Shown piece by piece: positions 40,401 to 54,900 of a stretch of DNA of 64,000 nt; positions within the stretch are counted from its first letter, which is position 1; each line of letters opens with the position of its first letter. Origin of the DNA: Saccostrea cucullata (taxonomy: Eukaryota); the NCBI RefSeq assembly GCF_032062105.1, contig NW_026923709.1:124001-188000 (forward strand), written 5' to 3'. The notes below the pieces were generated by a model. That model was given only the letters and a program-made list of their open reading frames with translations, had not been told where the DNA came from and did not search any database. A program made the translations under genes and the position numbers.

Positions 40401-42378
40401 AACCACCCTGGTGTAGACTATACATTATAAGAGATACACATAATTTTCGCAGTTTTTTTTCCTCGTCCAAAAAAAATGAAGGCCCATGGGTAGCCATAAC
40501 AGGTTGGGGGCAAGGCCAAACAAAAAATATATCCGTTTTATTGAGCCCCGGGGGGGGGGGGGAAGCATTGACATATTTGAATGTATTTCATAATATTCTG
40601 TATTTCAGCAAAATTATTTGGGAGACACCCGCCCCCGGGTTCCTAATAAGGCTATGATCAGGTTAAAATCGGAACAAAAGATCCTTTTTCAATTTTGTTC
40701 AAAGATTATGTAGAAATTTATAACAGATCAGAGGATTAAATAAACAGTGGAGTCTCATTTATCCGGACGCTTTGATTCCTAGTCAATTTGTCCGGATATG
40801 TGAAGCGTTCGGATATATATCTGAATTATACCAGTTGATAAAAAAAAATCCGTTCCGATGAAAAATTGTCCGGATACTGAATCATCCGGATATCTGGTGT
40901 CCGGATATCTGAAGGCCCACTTTTTTCGCATTATACATCTGCGGATAATGGAGCCATCAAAGTATAGTTATGGAAGTCATGAGTCATATGTAATAGATAT
41001 ATTATACATGTATGTACATGTACAAAGCATATTTTAAACCTGTTTTATATGGTTTGTAATTCATATACCATGGTTTGACTTTTACGACCCCGGAGATAAT
41101 TCTTCAAGGTGAAGTCAACTGAGGATACCCGGGGTTATGAAATCCAATCTGTTATATAATTTATGCAACAACAATTACAATAAAATTGAAAAAATATATA
41201 ATATGTGGACCAAATAGCAATAAGACGTCACGAAGATTTTAATGTTGTATTTTTATATATTATTGATCAATTCCTCAAGTAAATGTTGGCTGCATAAAAT
41301 ACAAATTTAAGTTAGGCACGCGCATCACCTATATTTAAAAAAAAATGTATCAATTTTCAATTTTAGAATAAAACACGAACTGTGCAGAGTACGTTTTAAT
41401 CCGAGAAGCAAAATTCGGTGTTCTAAAAAAAGGGACCTGTTGTTTTTTCGATAGTAAATGATAAGCAACTTTATATATTAAATATGAAAAACATATATTT
41501 TTACAGATTCAATTTATGGAAGTAAATATATTATGTATCTCATAATTTATAAATTTATAAACGGAAAGAACATTCTGATTAACAATCTTTTCAATGTTTA
41601 GAAAACCTTTAATTCTAAATAACTACTCCCACCCCAATCCCCATACACCAACACTTAAACTTAATTATATGTATAGAGCAGCCCGGTCCTCCGGGCTGCA
41701 ATAATCCTCAATGCGCCTCATGCACAATATTGTATTGCACTGGCTAGGTGCTTGTATGCCGAGAGGAAATTTACAAAAAGGCCCATGGGCCACATCACTC
41801 AACTGAACACTATAAATGAATAACAGAAAAACAGAAATCAGTTCAATATATCATATGAAATACTAGTACTAGCTGCAGAACTGTAGCTCTCCCCAAAATA
41901 TATTGACACTCCGGTCTGTCAAATTATTTTTTCGGAGAGCTACGGATCTGCAACTAATGAAATACATGTATGTAGTTAAAATATGCGTGGTTTCACCAAA
42001 GCCCGTGCAGTATAGGACCAGGACAGGAAAAACTTGAATCTATATCAGTTACTGAATTTAAAAGATGCTACACCAGAATCATTTAAATGAATGATTTTTA
42101 CAGATTTACAGAGTTTGATGGCCCGTGAAACACTCTCTGCGTCTCATTTAAAATCAGTCAAGGGGAATGAAAGTCATATTACAGTTTAGATTGCAGTATG
42201 AAATTTTTTTTCCGACCGCGTGGTCAAGTAGCGCACCTTGTTTTTGCATGGACAATACAACGTGCAAAAGAGAACTCCATGACTCAATTCTAAGTTGTTT
42301 TTTACAGTCGATTCTGACCCAATATGGAAAGGTCCTCAAAGATGGAGGGTCTTACAATGTGTCTGTTTTGGGGAAGTG

Positions 42379-42524
42379 NNNNNNNNNNNNNNNNNNNNNN
42401 NNNNNNNNNNNNNNNNNNNNNNNNNNNNNNNNNNNNNNNNNNNNNNNNNNNNNNNNNNNNNNNNNNNNNNNNNNNNNNNNNNNNNNNNNNNNNNNNNNNN
42501 NNNNNNNNNNNNNNNNNNNNNNNN
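42379..42524. other. Assembly gap (146 N)
   Basis: Run of n characters. Confidence 1.
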
Positions 42525-42936
42525 TGACTTTGTAAAATAATAAGTAATCAAAGTGAATTGAAAAAAAAATGACCACTGGATCCACTCTTGGGCACATTTT
42601 ACAGTGTTGCTTTCATTTTGATCTTGAGTTGAAGATGATGAGCTGAGGCAATTTTAAATTTAGTTAAATTGCCTTACATATTATTTTTAATATGTTCCTC
42701 TACATCAATTTCCATTTCTTTCTTATGGTCATCAGATATCATCAGACGAATGAAATCTATGTTAGATCTTATATATATATCATTTAAAAAAAGGAGGGGG
42801 GGGGATTCAACGCATATCAGGTTGTCTAATTATTTGATCGGGATCGGTATTCCAGTAAACTATTATTTCCGGTAAAATGGAGCAGCACGTTTGAGAATGT
42901 TGACAATGTTTTCATTCTTGTTTTAGGAGTTAAACA

Positions 42937-45900
42937 ATGGGTTCGAATAAAAAACAACTTAAAGAAGTTAATAAACAAAAGAAAGGAAAAGGAAAAAGAT
43001 GGAAGAAAGGCCAAAGCAGCAGTAGTAACCCCGAAACTAAAACATTTAGGGAGGCTGCCAAAAACAGATTTTTCCAAACATCGTCATCGAAAGGTTGTTA
43101 GCTCATACGTTTTTTTTTTGTTTTTTTTTGTTTTTTTTTTTACATTAATTTGATTCCTTTTTAGATTGCTTTTAATTTTTTTTCTTACCCGAGGAATAGA
43201 AAGCGTTATTTTCTGCCTCTCGGTCTGATCTTACATGTATTTATTAAAATTTATAAGTTTGCTACACAGGTACTTAGGTCTTCGTTAGTAAATACCTTAT
43301 TTGTTATGATTTGGTTAAGCTGATATTGTTATCCGGAATTATATAATCTTTTGTTGGTTCTGTGTTTTGTAATACTGTAACAGTTGCGTAATGATACAAT
43401 AAAATAGTTCCAAAATGGCATCCTTCTGTGGAGCACATGTGTTTTGACTGTGCACGAACCCATTGTCTAAAAAGACATAACATTGGCGACGAGGATCGTT
43501 CAGGATGGCAAAATTCGCAGCCATTGGTCGTATCGACATCTTCGACAACAATGTCGAAACCTGGAACTCGTACAGTGAGCGCCTTGACCAGTATTTTGTG
43601 TGCAATGACGTCAAGGAGGAAAAGAAAGTTCCCGCATTGCTAAGCCTCATAGGGGGTAAGACTTACCAGTTATTGAGAGGTTTGACAGCACCGACTAAAC
43701 CGGCAGACGTGGAATATGCCGCACTCGTGAAAATCCTTGGTGATCACTTGAACCCCCCTCCTGTAGTAATCTCCGAGAGATTTCGGTTTTACAAAAGGGA
43801 CCAGCGGGAAGGTGAGTCTATTAGAGACTATATAGCGGATCTTAGAAGATTGTCAGAACATTGTGCATTTAAAGACAGTCTGAACGAATCGCTGCGTGAC
43901 AGATTAGTTTGTGGCCTTCGGAGCGAGGCAATTCAGAATAAACTCTTAGCAGAAAAAGACTTGACATTAGAGAAGGCGACGCAGATAGCACAGGCTATGG
44001 AGACCGCATTCAAGGATGCAACCGAGCTGCAGTCCAAACACGTTGGAATGGTAAACAAGCTAGGGGTGAGACAGAAAAAGGGATATCACTCTGCTGGAAC
44101 TGGAGTAAGGTCGCCACAACCCAACATGCCTAAGGTGAAACGAGGTACGAATTCAAAGAAATGTTTCCGTTGTAACAGTACAGCTCATGATCAAAGTCAG
44201 TGTTATTACAAAGACAAACAGTGCTATAATTGTTCAAAAATTGGACATTGTAAAAAGGCATGTAGGAAAACAAAGGAGGTACACAATGTGGACTGGAGTG
44301 AGAATCTCATTGGATCATTAGATGTGAATTCAGTTGAAAAGACTCATTCTGGAGCAATCGTAGTCAACACAAACATTGACGGTGTAGATGTTGATATGGA
44401 ACTCGACACGGGCGCAGCAGTCTCCGTGATGTCAAAGAAAAAGTTCTGTGAGTATTTTCCAGGAAGGATTAAGAACTTACCTGAATCAAATATGTGTTTA
44501 AAGACATATACTGGTGAAATCTTGAAGCCTTGTGGAGTGGCACGTGTAAATGTGAGTCACAACAACCAGAAAAAGGATCTAGACTTGTACGTGATGCAGA
44601 AGGCAGGACCAACGCTCTTCGGAAGAGAGTGGCTTCAGCAGATTTCACTCGATTGGCCGTCCATCAAGTCCATGTCGTGTGTGACAGACAAGATTTCAGA
44701 CACTTGTTCTGATAATGTGAAAGCGGACTTAAAACACATGTTGGAAAAACATCGTTCAGTTTTCCAGAGTGACATAGGTACGGTTAAGGGTATTGAAGCT
44801 ACACTCAACTTAAAGCCGGACGCTAAACCAAAGTTCTGTAAAGCCCGCTCAGTACCGTATGCTCTCAAGCCTAAGGTCGAGGCTGAACTGGACAAACTAG
44901 TCAGAGATGGTATCATAACCAAGGTGGACTACAGCGAATGGGCAACGCCTATTGTCCCTGTCATCAAGTCTGATAAAAATGTGCGCATATGTGGTGATTT
45001 CAAGGTGACACTGAACCCTGTTCTTGAAATCGATCAGTATCCGCTGCCCCGCATTGAAGACATTTTTGCAGCACTCGCAGGTGGTAAGCGATTCACCAAG
45101 TTAGATTTACGACATGCATATCTACAAATGAGAGTAAATGAGGAGTCGCGCAACTTATTGACAATAAATACAGAGAAAGGACTCTACCGCTACAACCGTT
45201 TAGTTTATGGTGTGGCCTCAGCTCCTGCAATCTGGCAAAGGACCATCGACACAGTCTTACAGGGTCTCACAGGCGTCAAATGTATCATTGATGATATGAT
45301 AATAACGGGCTCATCTGAGGAAGAACACCTGAAGAATTTGGAAGCTGTATTAACGCGCCTGGATGAATACAACTTGCGTGTGAACTTGAATAAGTGTGAA
45401 TTCTTCAGAGAACGTGTTTCTTATTGTGGACATGAAATAGACTGTGAGGGTCTGCACAAAACGCAATCCAAGATTGAAGCAGTTGTCAGTGCGCCGAAGC
45501 CGAAGAATGTTTCAGAGTTGCGATCATTTCTGGGCATTGTTAACTATTATGCCAGATTTTTGCCTAACCTTTCAAGTCTTTTGTACCCGCTACACCAGTT
45601 ACTGTCAAAGAGCCGAAAGTGGTCCTGGTCTAGCGAATGTGACAAGGCATTTTCTGAAGTCAAACAGCTTATTACCTCTGATGAGATTTTGACTCATTAC
45701 GACCCACAGCGAGAGGTGCGATTAGCATGTGATGCTTCACCTTATGGTTTAGGGTGTGTATTATCCCATGTCATGGATGACGGATCAGAACGACCGATAG
45801 CATATGCATCTCGATCATTGTCGTCAGCAGAGCGGAACTATTCACAGATAGATCGTGAGGCTCTGGGGATAGTATGGGGTGTGAAACGTTTTCATACATA

Positions 45901-48900
45901 CCTCTATGGAAGACACTTCACTTTATTGACGGATCATCGCCCTCTTGTGTCCATCTTCAGCCCCAGCAAAGGTGTATCAGTCACCACAGCAGCACGCATG
46001 CAGAGATATGCTCTGTTTTTATCAGGGTATGATTATGACATTATGTACAAAAACACCAAAGCGCATGGAAATGCAGATAGCTTATCGAGGCTACCACTGT
46101 CTGACTGTGAATCTGATGATGATTATCAAGATATTGACTTGATGTACCTACCACAATTTGAAACATTACCAATCACCAGTGACCGTATTAGACAGGAAAC
46201 TGGACGTGATCCTGTCACTGTGAAGGTATATGGTTATACCATGAATGGATGGAGCTTTTCGGTCAAAGCAGATGATAAGGACTTGTATCCCTACTTTACG
46301 CGTAAGGACGAGTTAACAATTCACAATGGATGTTTGTTGTGGGGAATGAGAGTTGTTGTTCCAACAAAGCTTAGGGATCACATACTTAAGGAGCTTCATT
46401 TAGGTCACATTGGAGTAGTGAAGATGAAGGCATTAGCTCGAAGTGTGGTATGGTGGCCCGGGATCGATCTTGATATAGAGAGGATCACGAAAGCATGCTC
46501 AGGATGTCAGGAGTTCAAGCGTGCACCTCCAGCAGCCCCCATTCATCCGTGGGAGTGGCCCACTAAACCTTGGGAACGTATCCATATAGACTTCGCTGGG
46601 CCTTTTATGAACTGGATGTTCCTGGTAGCAGTAGATGCACATTCTAAATGGCCTGAGGTCATAATGATGCGCGAGACGACATCCCACAAGACTATTGAGG
46701 TCTTGAGAAGTATCTTTGCTAGAAATGGTGTTCCTACAGTGTTGGTCAGTGATAACGGACCTCAGTTTATGTCAGACGAGTTTGGAAACTTCATTCGTAC
46801 CAATGGAATAAAGCATGTGACTTCTGCTCCATATCATCCTAGCTCAAATGGATTAGCGGAACGTTTTGTACAATCATTCAAGTCCGCAATGAAGTCAAGC
46901 AAGAAAGATGGAGGTTCTGTGGAAACGAAGTTATCTAACTTTTTACTAGCCTATCGCAACGCAGCACATTCAACTACTGGAGAGTCACCCGCAAAGCTAT
47001 TCATTGGTCGTTCATTGCAGTCACGACTAGATTTGATAAAACCAGACATTGAACAAAATGTTAAAAACAAACAGTTTCACATCGCATCTAAGAGATCAAG
47101 TTCATTGCGTGTGTTTGAACCTGGGCACAGTATAATTGTTAGGGACTACCGTCACAGTTCAAAGTCGGACTGGGTACCAGGAACCGTTCAAGAGCAGACA
47201 GGACCTGTTTCTTACAGAGTGCAAGTTGGGGACAATACTTGGAGAAGACACGTAGATCAGATATATGATTCTTCACTAAAGAATCAGGGAGTTGTACCCA
47301 GTGATCTTGAGAAGTTTGTGCCACAGGTACATGTACCAACTCCTACAGTTAGTGCTAAGCAGTCTAGTCCAGAAGTCTTTCCGCAAGGTACGAAAGTCAG
47401 GCAGTCAACTCCAGAGGTCTTCAACAGGAAGAAAGCTAATAGTCCTATCCAGGAACAGAAATCTCAGCCAGAAGTTAGGACCGAGCCTACCATACTAGCC
47501 AGACAAAATCCAAGACGAAATGTTGGACCGCCCAAACGTTTCAGTGACTATGTTACTTTCAAATGAATTGTGCATTTTGTTTTGTGTATTATGGCACAGT
47601 ATTGGGGCACAATAATCCCCGTGCCTTTGTGTTGACCAAGAGGTCATTTTCACTTTGTATACTGTATTGTGTTGAATGTATTGGCCTGGTAAAACATGTC
47701 TGTGAAGTTTAATATTTGAAATGTGTATATTGCCCAAAATTTCATTCAATTTAAGTTCTGATTTTAATTCTTGTGGAAGTCAAAATTTAGTGGGGAGGAA
47801 TGTTATGATTTGGTTAAGCTGATATTGTTATCCGGAATTATATAATCTTTTGTTGGTTCTGTGTTTTGTAATACTGTAACAGTTGCGTAATGATACAATA
47901 AAATAGTTCCAAAATGGCATCCTTCTGTGGAGCACATGTGTTTTGACTGTGCACGAACCCATTGTCTAAAAAGACATAACATTATTGATCAATGTTCACT
48001 TTTACCTTTTTTTATCATATCAATAAGGTACATAAATATTTATAAACCAAGACTCATGTGCATGTGGGTTGCCCCTGCCCGATTAAAACATTTTATTGGC
48101 AGTACAATAGTTGGGGCGAGCACAGTTTTGTATAATAGAATTACTGTAAACCAACTTTTATTCGTGTGTGAGAAATTTTCACGAGGTTCGCGAGAGCCTT
48201 GTCATGGAGAATATTTCTCACCGCGAACCGGTCCTTAAATTCCCTGTTGCTATGAACAACAACCTCAAAAAAGGCTTGATCGCGAAAATTTATCGTCGCA
48301 AACTACTTTTTAAGGAGTAAATCGCGAAATAAAGTTGTCACGAATAAAAGTTGGTTTACCGTATTCTACGTTATTTGTAAGGTTACGGATGGGTTCGCTC
48401 TGATAAGGTGTTCATGCTGAGTTGTATCTCGCTGAGTGGTTTCGCCCCATTTAACTACAGGGTATACAATGTCATGTAAATGTTCTTCTATTAAGTGATA
48501 ATTTATATTACACACATGATGTATGCAACAGTAATTAGATAATTGAATAACATTTTATATCTGATATAGAGTGAGTTTTTTTTATAAATTGAAAAGACAT
48601 GTGAAAGGTCTAGACTGTGATGGTGTTTTAGTTCCATAATTCAGTTTGAAATGTGCCATTTTTACACTAATTTTCTACATGGGACATACCGTATAATGGG
48701 TATTTTTTACGTGCTGCTAATTTTTACAAGTTTTATAAATCCGTAAAATTTAAACGTGTAAAATTTCACATGATTTATAAAACGACTCGTGTAAAATTTC
48801 AACATCATTTGTGTAAAAATAATGCTAATTACCATTAAGCTCACTCCCTGGAGGCTAAATGATTAGTGTAGTGTTGATATTTTGAGCACTTTTAAGTCAA

Positions 48901-51900
48901 TCATCAATTGGGATCATATAGGTAAATCTCAATTAACTTGTATGAATTATACAAACATCGTATATTAATTAATCAATTAAACCCACCTGGTCACTTTTTT
49001 TTTAGTATTTTTACGAGAAACTAACTTCCGACAATGCCTTTATGATTACAGGTCTTCCAATTATACCCGTGTTTTCAATCTTTGACCCTTTCTTCTGTTT
49101 CATGTTCTTTGAATAAAACTTTGACTTCCTAATAGACTGTCATACTTGTACTTCAATTATGATAGTTTGAGTTGTCTCTCTTTGTATTCGGTAAAAATGG
49201 TGTGCCTAGCTTTGTGTTTTATAGAATTTGAATTTATAAATGAAGGGCACCTTGTTCGTGTACATAAAGGTAAATGATAAAAACATTATACAATGTGTAA
49301 TTTGTTGCATTGTTTATATTGTTAAAATTTAATAAATCTCTCTCTCTTGCCTCTCTCTCTTGCATCGGACACATTATATTTACTGTCAGAAACGCATTCA
49401 AAGTGCTGACAATCACTGATCTGGAATTTTACATCTGATGATTTTAATTTTTAAGGACATGAAAATGATGTTCAATTTGTAAAATATTAACGCGTAAAAA
49501 TTTAAATCACCCTCTTTTGACCAAAATTCGTAAAAATTTACAGCAGTAAAAATAACCCGTTATACGGTATACACAGTATTACACTGTATGTTCTAAAAAC
49601 CTGATATACTGTAGATCTAGCCATGACCTGATGAAAAAATGTCCTTTAAAATTAATTTATCTCCATGTATCTGCACAATCCTTTATCTGACATTTTTATT
49701 TCAAAGTTTTTCATTTGTAAACTTTGGTTCATTGACATATCATGCATTATATGTATGTTGTTTATGGAGGAATATCAATGACTATTGGTAATGAGTTTAC
49801 TACATTTTGCATGCCAATCAAATTTTTATTTAAGCTGATTATTATAATAGTCTGATAGTAATTATGCACATCTAAATGCAGGCTTATGTTTTACACAAAG
49901 ACAATTTTGTCTATTTTTTTTAAATTCTTTTGAAACAGGAGAAAGTAGTCTTACTGTTGATGCTTTGGCTAAACATAATGAAGAACAGTTAGATAAAGAT
50001 GGTGATGTTAGTCTACGAGCGGAGTCAGATGTTGTCAGCGCTGCCGGAAAGACGTTTAATACCTGGGCGACAAACTGGACAGAGTGTACCAACACAACAT
50101 TTAGTCGAGTACATAGGTACTGGGCATCAAATTCGGCTTTTCATAAAGAGGTAAGTGAAATTATTTTAGAGGATGTTTTCATCATTTGTTTAAGTAAGCA
50201 ACACAAGTGTTCACAAATTTTGGAGGGGAAAATCTTTTTATTTCGAAATCTGAGTGTGGTTTACAATTACATGTAGCTGGTAATTGTGCAGTTGAGGATT
50301 CTGATTCAAATACTGGAGATTCCTTATTTTTTGAGAGCTTAAATTTTCATGAAATGTCTCTTTCACATTTAGTGGGGGTACAATAATTAATAATGATAGT
50401 AGACAGTTTATCGCGAGATTTTACTTTGATTTCAGCACCGAGAAAATAAAAGCGAGTAATTTTATTTTGCGAGAGGTGCTTGTCACTCATGATCATAAGG
50501 CATTCTTTTTGTAGGTGTTAGCTGTGTTAGCGGCAGTTACAGAGGTGATAAAAACCCAGGGAGGCTCTGAATCAGAAACAGAATACTTCGCTGCTTTGGT
50601 GGGTGTTTTACTTCAGCTTTCTGATTCATGATTATCATGTATAAAGTACATTTATCTTAAATTGTTAAAAAAAGACCCAGAAAATGATGTATAATGATTA
50701 ATGAAATATCTCTTTAGAAGACTTTGTCTGTTTTTTTTTTGTCATACTAAACAAGTTTTACATGTACTTTATAATGTAAGAACAGTATCAGATAATTATT
50801 TGAACAGATGACAGCACTGGAGACAACAGAGGGAGAAGACTCTGTATCAGCCGTGGCCTACCTCCTCAGCTTAGTCATGAAGAGGTCAGTCACCTTGTAC
50901 ACATATATAACTGTATAATTAGTAATTTTAGTGAGATGCAAATTTGATTGTTTTATGGAAATACTTCTAGAATCAATGATGTAAATGCTGTGAAAATTAT
51001 CCACATTGCTAAACCTGTAACATGATATTAAGTCTCCTCCAAAGAGAAAATTTGTTTGGAGCATATGTCCTAAAATGTTAATAGATATTTTTTGCATGAG
51101 AACTGTTTCTTATTATTTACAGAGTTCCTGCCCCAGTCCTAAAGAGAAGGTTTTCAGAAATTTCCAAAGAATTTCTGGATGTCCTTGTGAAGTACAGCGA
51201 GGGGCATTCTCCTGCTCTCCTCAAGTCTGTAAGTACTTAGATTTCCATCAGTGTTACACCGTACGCTCTACAGAAAACCAGTCTCTTAAATGCTTTGTTA
51301 CTGCCGCAGCTATTATTTGCAAATAAGTCTGACACTTTGAAATCCATCCAAGTCTTGACATTTTTCAGACTGATGCACAATTTTTAATAAAAAATTTTGA
51401 CCAGAAATATGTTTAAAAAGAGAAGGTCACAAAACCTGTGGATTTTTCATTGAGTTAATATTTGATTTGCAGGTGCTTGATATTGTTCGTAAATTTTTAA
51501 CTACTGTTAATTTCTTTTAAAATTTTTAATTTGTAGTTGTTGCTGTGTCTGGCGTTGCTGCTTAGAGTTCAGGACCAGGCTACTTGGAGTAACTCCTCCA
51601 CACAGCGAGTGTATCAAAGTATGCTGGCCTTCACAGTCAACAAAAAGCCTAAGGTATCATCTGTATCATATTACTGACAACAAAAAACCCAATGTATAAT
51701 CATAGACAACAAAAAAACCCAAGGTATAATCATAGACAACAAAAAACCAAAATTAGATATTATCACTGACAACAAAAAAAAAAAAAAACAAAGGTATTTT
51801 TACTGACAACAAAAACCCAAGGTATCACTGACAGCAAAAAAAAAAAACCAAGGCACTATTACAATGAACAAAAAACCCAAGGTATTATCACTGACAACAA

Positions 51901-54900
51901 AAACCCACAACTTTATCACCGACAACAAAAAAAACCCCCAAGATTTTATCACTGACAGCAAAAAAAAACCCAAAGGTATTTTCACAATCAACCAAACACG
52001 TAAGGTTTTATCACTCACAACAAAAAAAAAAATTAAGGTAGTACTATCATAGTCAACAAAAAACCAGGGATATATCGTATCACTTACAGAATATTAAATT
52101 TATATGTGTATACACATGTATATATATTCATTGTTTTGAAAGTTCAGAATGCAGAATCATGTATCTGACAGTCATCATTCTGATAATAATCTGTTTGGTA
52201 TTTCTTTTGGCAGGTGAGAAAGGCAGCACAACAAGGGGTGAATATTGTCCTGAGGGGTAGTGTCTTTATGAACCCACCAGAGACGGCCCCTCCCCACCAC
52301 CCCGCCAGCTCCCTGACCGCCAAGTTCTGTATCCAGGTCATCGAGCAAAGCGGAGGTTAGAGCTACTGTGAACTCAGTTATTTTCGTGGGGGTTTCATTT
52401 TTGTGGTTTTTTAAGGTATGAAGGGACCCAAGAATTCATGTCCACCATGAAATGTACTTTTTTTTAAGATATCATTCCTCAACAATTCTTCATCCTCGAA
52501 ATTAAATCCCCATGAACCCACATTTCTTCCTCAAACCGCGAAAATTTGATCCCACGAAAATATGCGATTTTACAGTAAACACTGAGTGCAAAATTCATTC
52601 TTGATTAATTTTTCTTAACATATTTAAAAAGGACTATTCTTTTACCTTTTGTTTGAATGTGTAAAATTCTTGTTTAATTGTAAATGACAAGTATTTTTAT
52701 ACACATTTGGTGGGAAAAAAATCCAGAAAAAATAACATCTGTAAATTGATAGTATTAAGATCTACAAAAAACAAAGGAAAGCTTGTGACCAACTCCTTGA
52801 GGTTAAAATTGTGAAAGATTCTCACATGTGGATACTAAAAGGTATTCAATAGGGTCTGTAACTAAGGTATATTTCAGTATTAAGATCTATTTAAAAAAAA
52901 AAAACAATGCATCAAAGTTTTTTTCTTTTTTCTACAGGTTCTACAGAGTCTTCAGACACACTATACATTCTAACCTTATTGAAGGACATCATGTGTACAT
53001 TCTCTCAGAGTAGTCTGAAATCAGTGTGTGAGACCATACTGAGAGTGATGACACTAAGTAATGTGGTGAGTATACTGATAGAAATCAGTGTGTGAGACCG
53101 TACTGAGAGTGATGACACTGAGTAATGTGGTGAGTACTGATAGAAATCAGTGTGTGAGACTATACTGAGAGTGATGACAGTAATGTGGTGAGTACTGATA
53201 GAAATCAGTGTGTGAGACCATACTGAGAGTGATGACACTTAGTAATGTGGTGAGTACTGATAGAAATCAGTGTGTGAGACTATACTGAGAGTGATGACAC
53301 TTAGTAATGTGGTGAGTACTGATAGAAGTCAGTGTGTGAGACCATACTGAGAGTGATGACACTTAGTAATGTGGTGAGTACTGATAGAAATCAGTGTGTG
53401 AGACCATACTGAGAGTGATGACACTTAGTAATGTGGTGAGTACTGATAGAAATCAGTGTGTGAGACCATACTGAGAGTGATGACACTTAGTAATGTGGTG
53501 AGTATACTGATAGAAATCAGTGTGTGAGACCATACTGAGAGTGATGACACTTAGTAATGTGGTGAGTACTGATAGAAATCAGTGTGTGAGACCATACTGA
53601 GAGTGATGACACTTAGTAATGTGGTGAGTACTGATAGAAATCAGTGTGTGAGACCATACTGAGAGTGATGACACTGAGTAATGTGGTGAGTATACTGATA
53701 GAAATCAGTGTGTGAGACTATACTGAGAGTGATGACAGTAATGTGGTGAGTACTGATAGAAATCAGTGTGTGAGACCGTACTGAGAGTGATGACACTAAG
53801 TAATGTGGTAAGTATACTGATAGAAATCAGTGTGTGAGACCATGAGACCGTACTGAGAGTGATGACACTTAGTAATGTGGTGAGTACTGATAGAAGTCAG
53901 TGTGTGAGACCATACTGAGAGTGATGACACTTAGTAATGTGGTGAGTACTGATAGAAATCAGTGTGTGAGACCATACTGAGAGTGATGACACTTAGTAAT
54001 GTGGTGAGTACTGATAGAAATCAGTGTGTGAGACCATACTGAGAGTGATGACACTTAGTAATGTGGTGAGTATACTGATAGAAATCAGTGTGTGAGACCA
54101 TACTGAGAGTGATGACACTTAGTAATGTGGTGAGTACTGATAGAAATCAGTGTGTGAGACCATACTGAGAGTGATGACACTTAGTAATGTGGTGAGTACT
54201 GATAGAAATCAGTGTGTGAGACCATACTGAGAGTGATGACACTTAGTAATGTGGTGAGTATACTGATAGAAATCAGTGTGTGAGACCATACTGAGAGTGA
54301 TGACACTTAGTAATGTGGTGAGTATACTGATAGAAATCAGTGTGTGAGACCATACTGAGAGTGATGACACTTAGTAATGTGGTGAGTACTGATAGAAATC
54401 AGTGTGTGAGACCATACTGAGAGTGATGACACTTAGTAATGTGGTGAGTACTGATAGAAATCAGTGTGTGAGACCATACTGAGAGTGATGACACTTAGTA
54501 ATGTGGTGAGTATACTGATAGAAATCAGTGTGTGAGACCGTACTGAGAGTGATGACACTTAGTAATGTGGTGAGTACTGATAGAAATCAGTGTGTGAGAC
54601 CATACTGAGAGTGATGACACTTAGTAATGTGGTGAGTACTGATAGAAATCAGTGTGTGAGACCATACTGAGAGTGATGACACTGAGTAATGTGGTGAGTA
54701 TACTGATAGAAATCAGTGTGTGAGACCGTACTGAGAGTGATGACACTGTAGTAAGTGTGGTGAGAGTGATACAGTGTGTGAGAGTAATGACACTTAGTAA
54801 TGTGGTGATACTGATAGAAATCAGTGTGTGAGACCATACTGAGAGTGATGACACTTAGTAATGTGGTGAGTACTGATAGAAATCAGTGTGTGAGACCATA

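Noticed and set aside
42167-42597. ORFs containing X runs
   Set aside because: Artefacts of translating across the N gap; the ~70 aa before the gap is not recognisable.
43097-43102. Alternative RRP12 exon 1 donor GTTAGC
   Set aside because: Joining to 49939 would create T|GA stop; the donor at 43094 gives G|GA (Gly).
44530-47749. Short ORFs overlapping gag-pol in other frames/strand, or an env-like ORF
   Set aside because: Shadow ORFs; only ~235 bp separate the pol stop from the 3' LTR.
53066-53081. Linkers as genuine 14/16-nt GT-AG introns giving a poly-([16 protein letters not shown]) protein
   Set aside because: Far below plausible animal spliceosomal intron size, with no branch point or pyrimidine tract; exon 8 joins exon 9 in frame without them.
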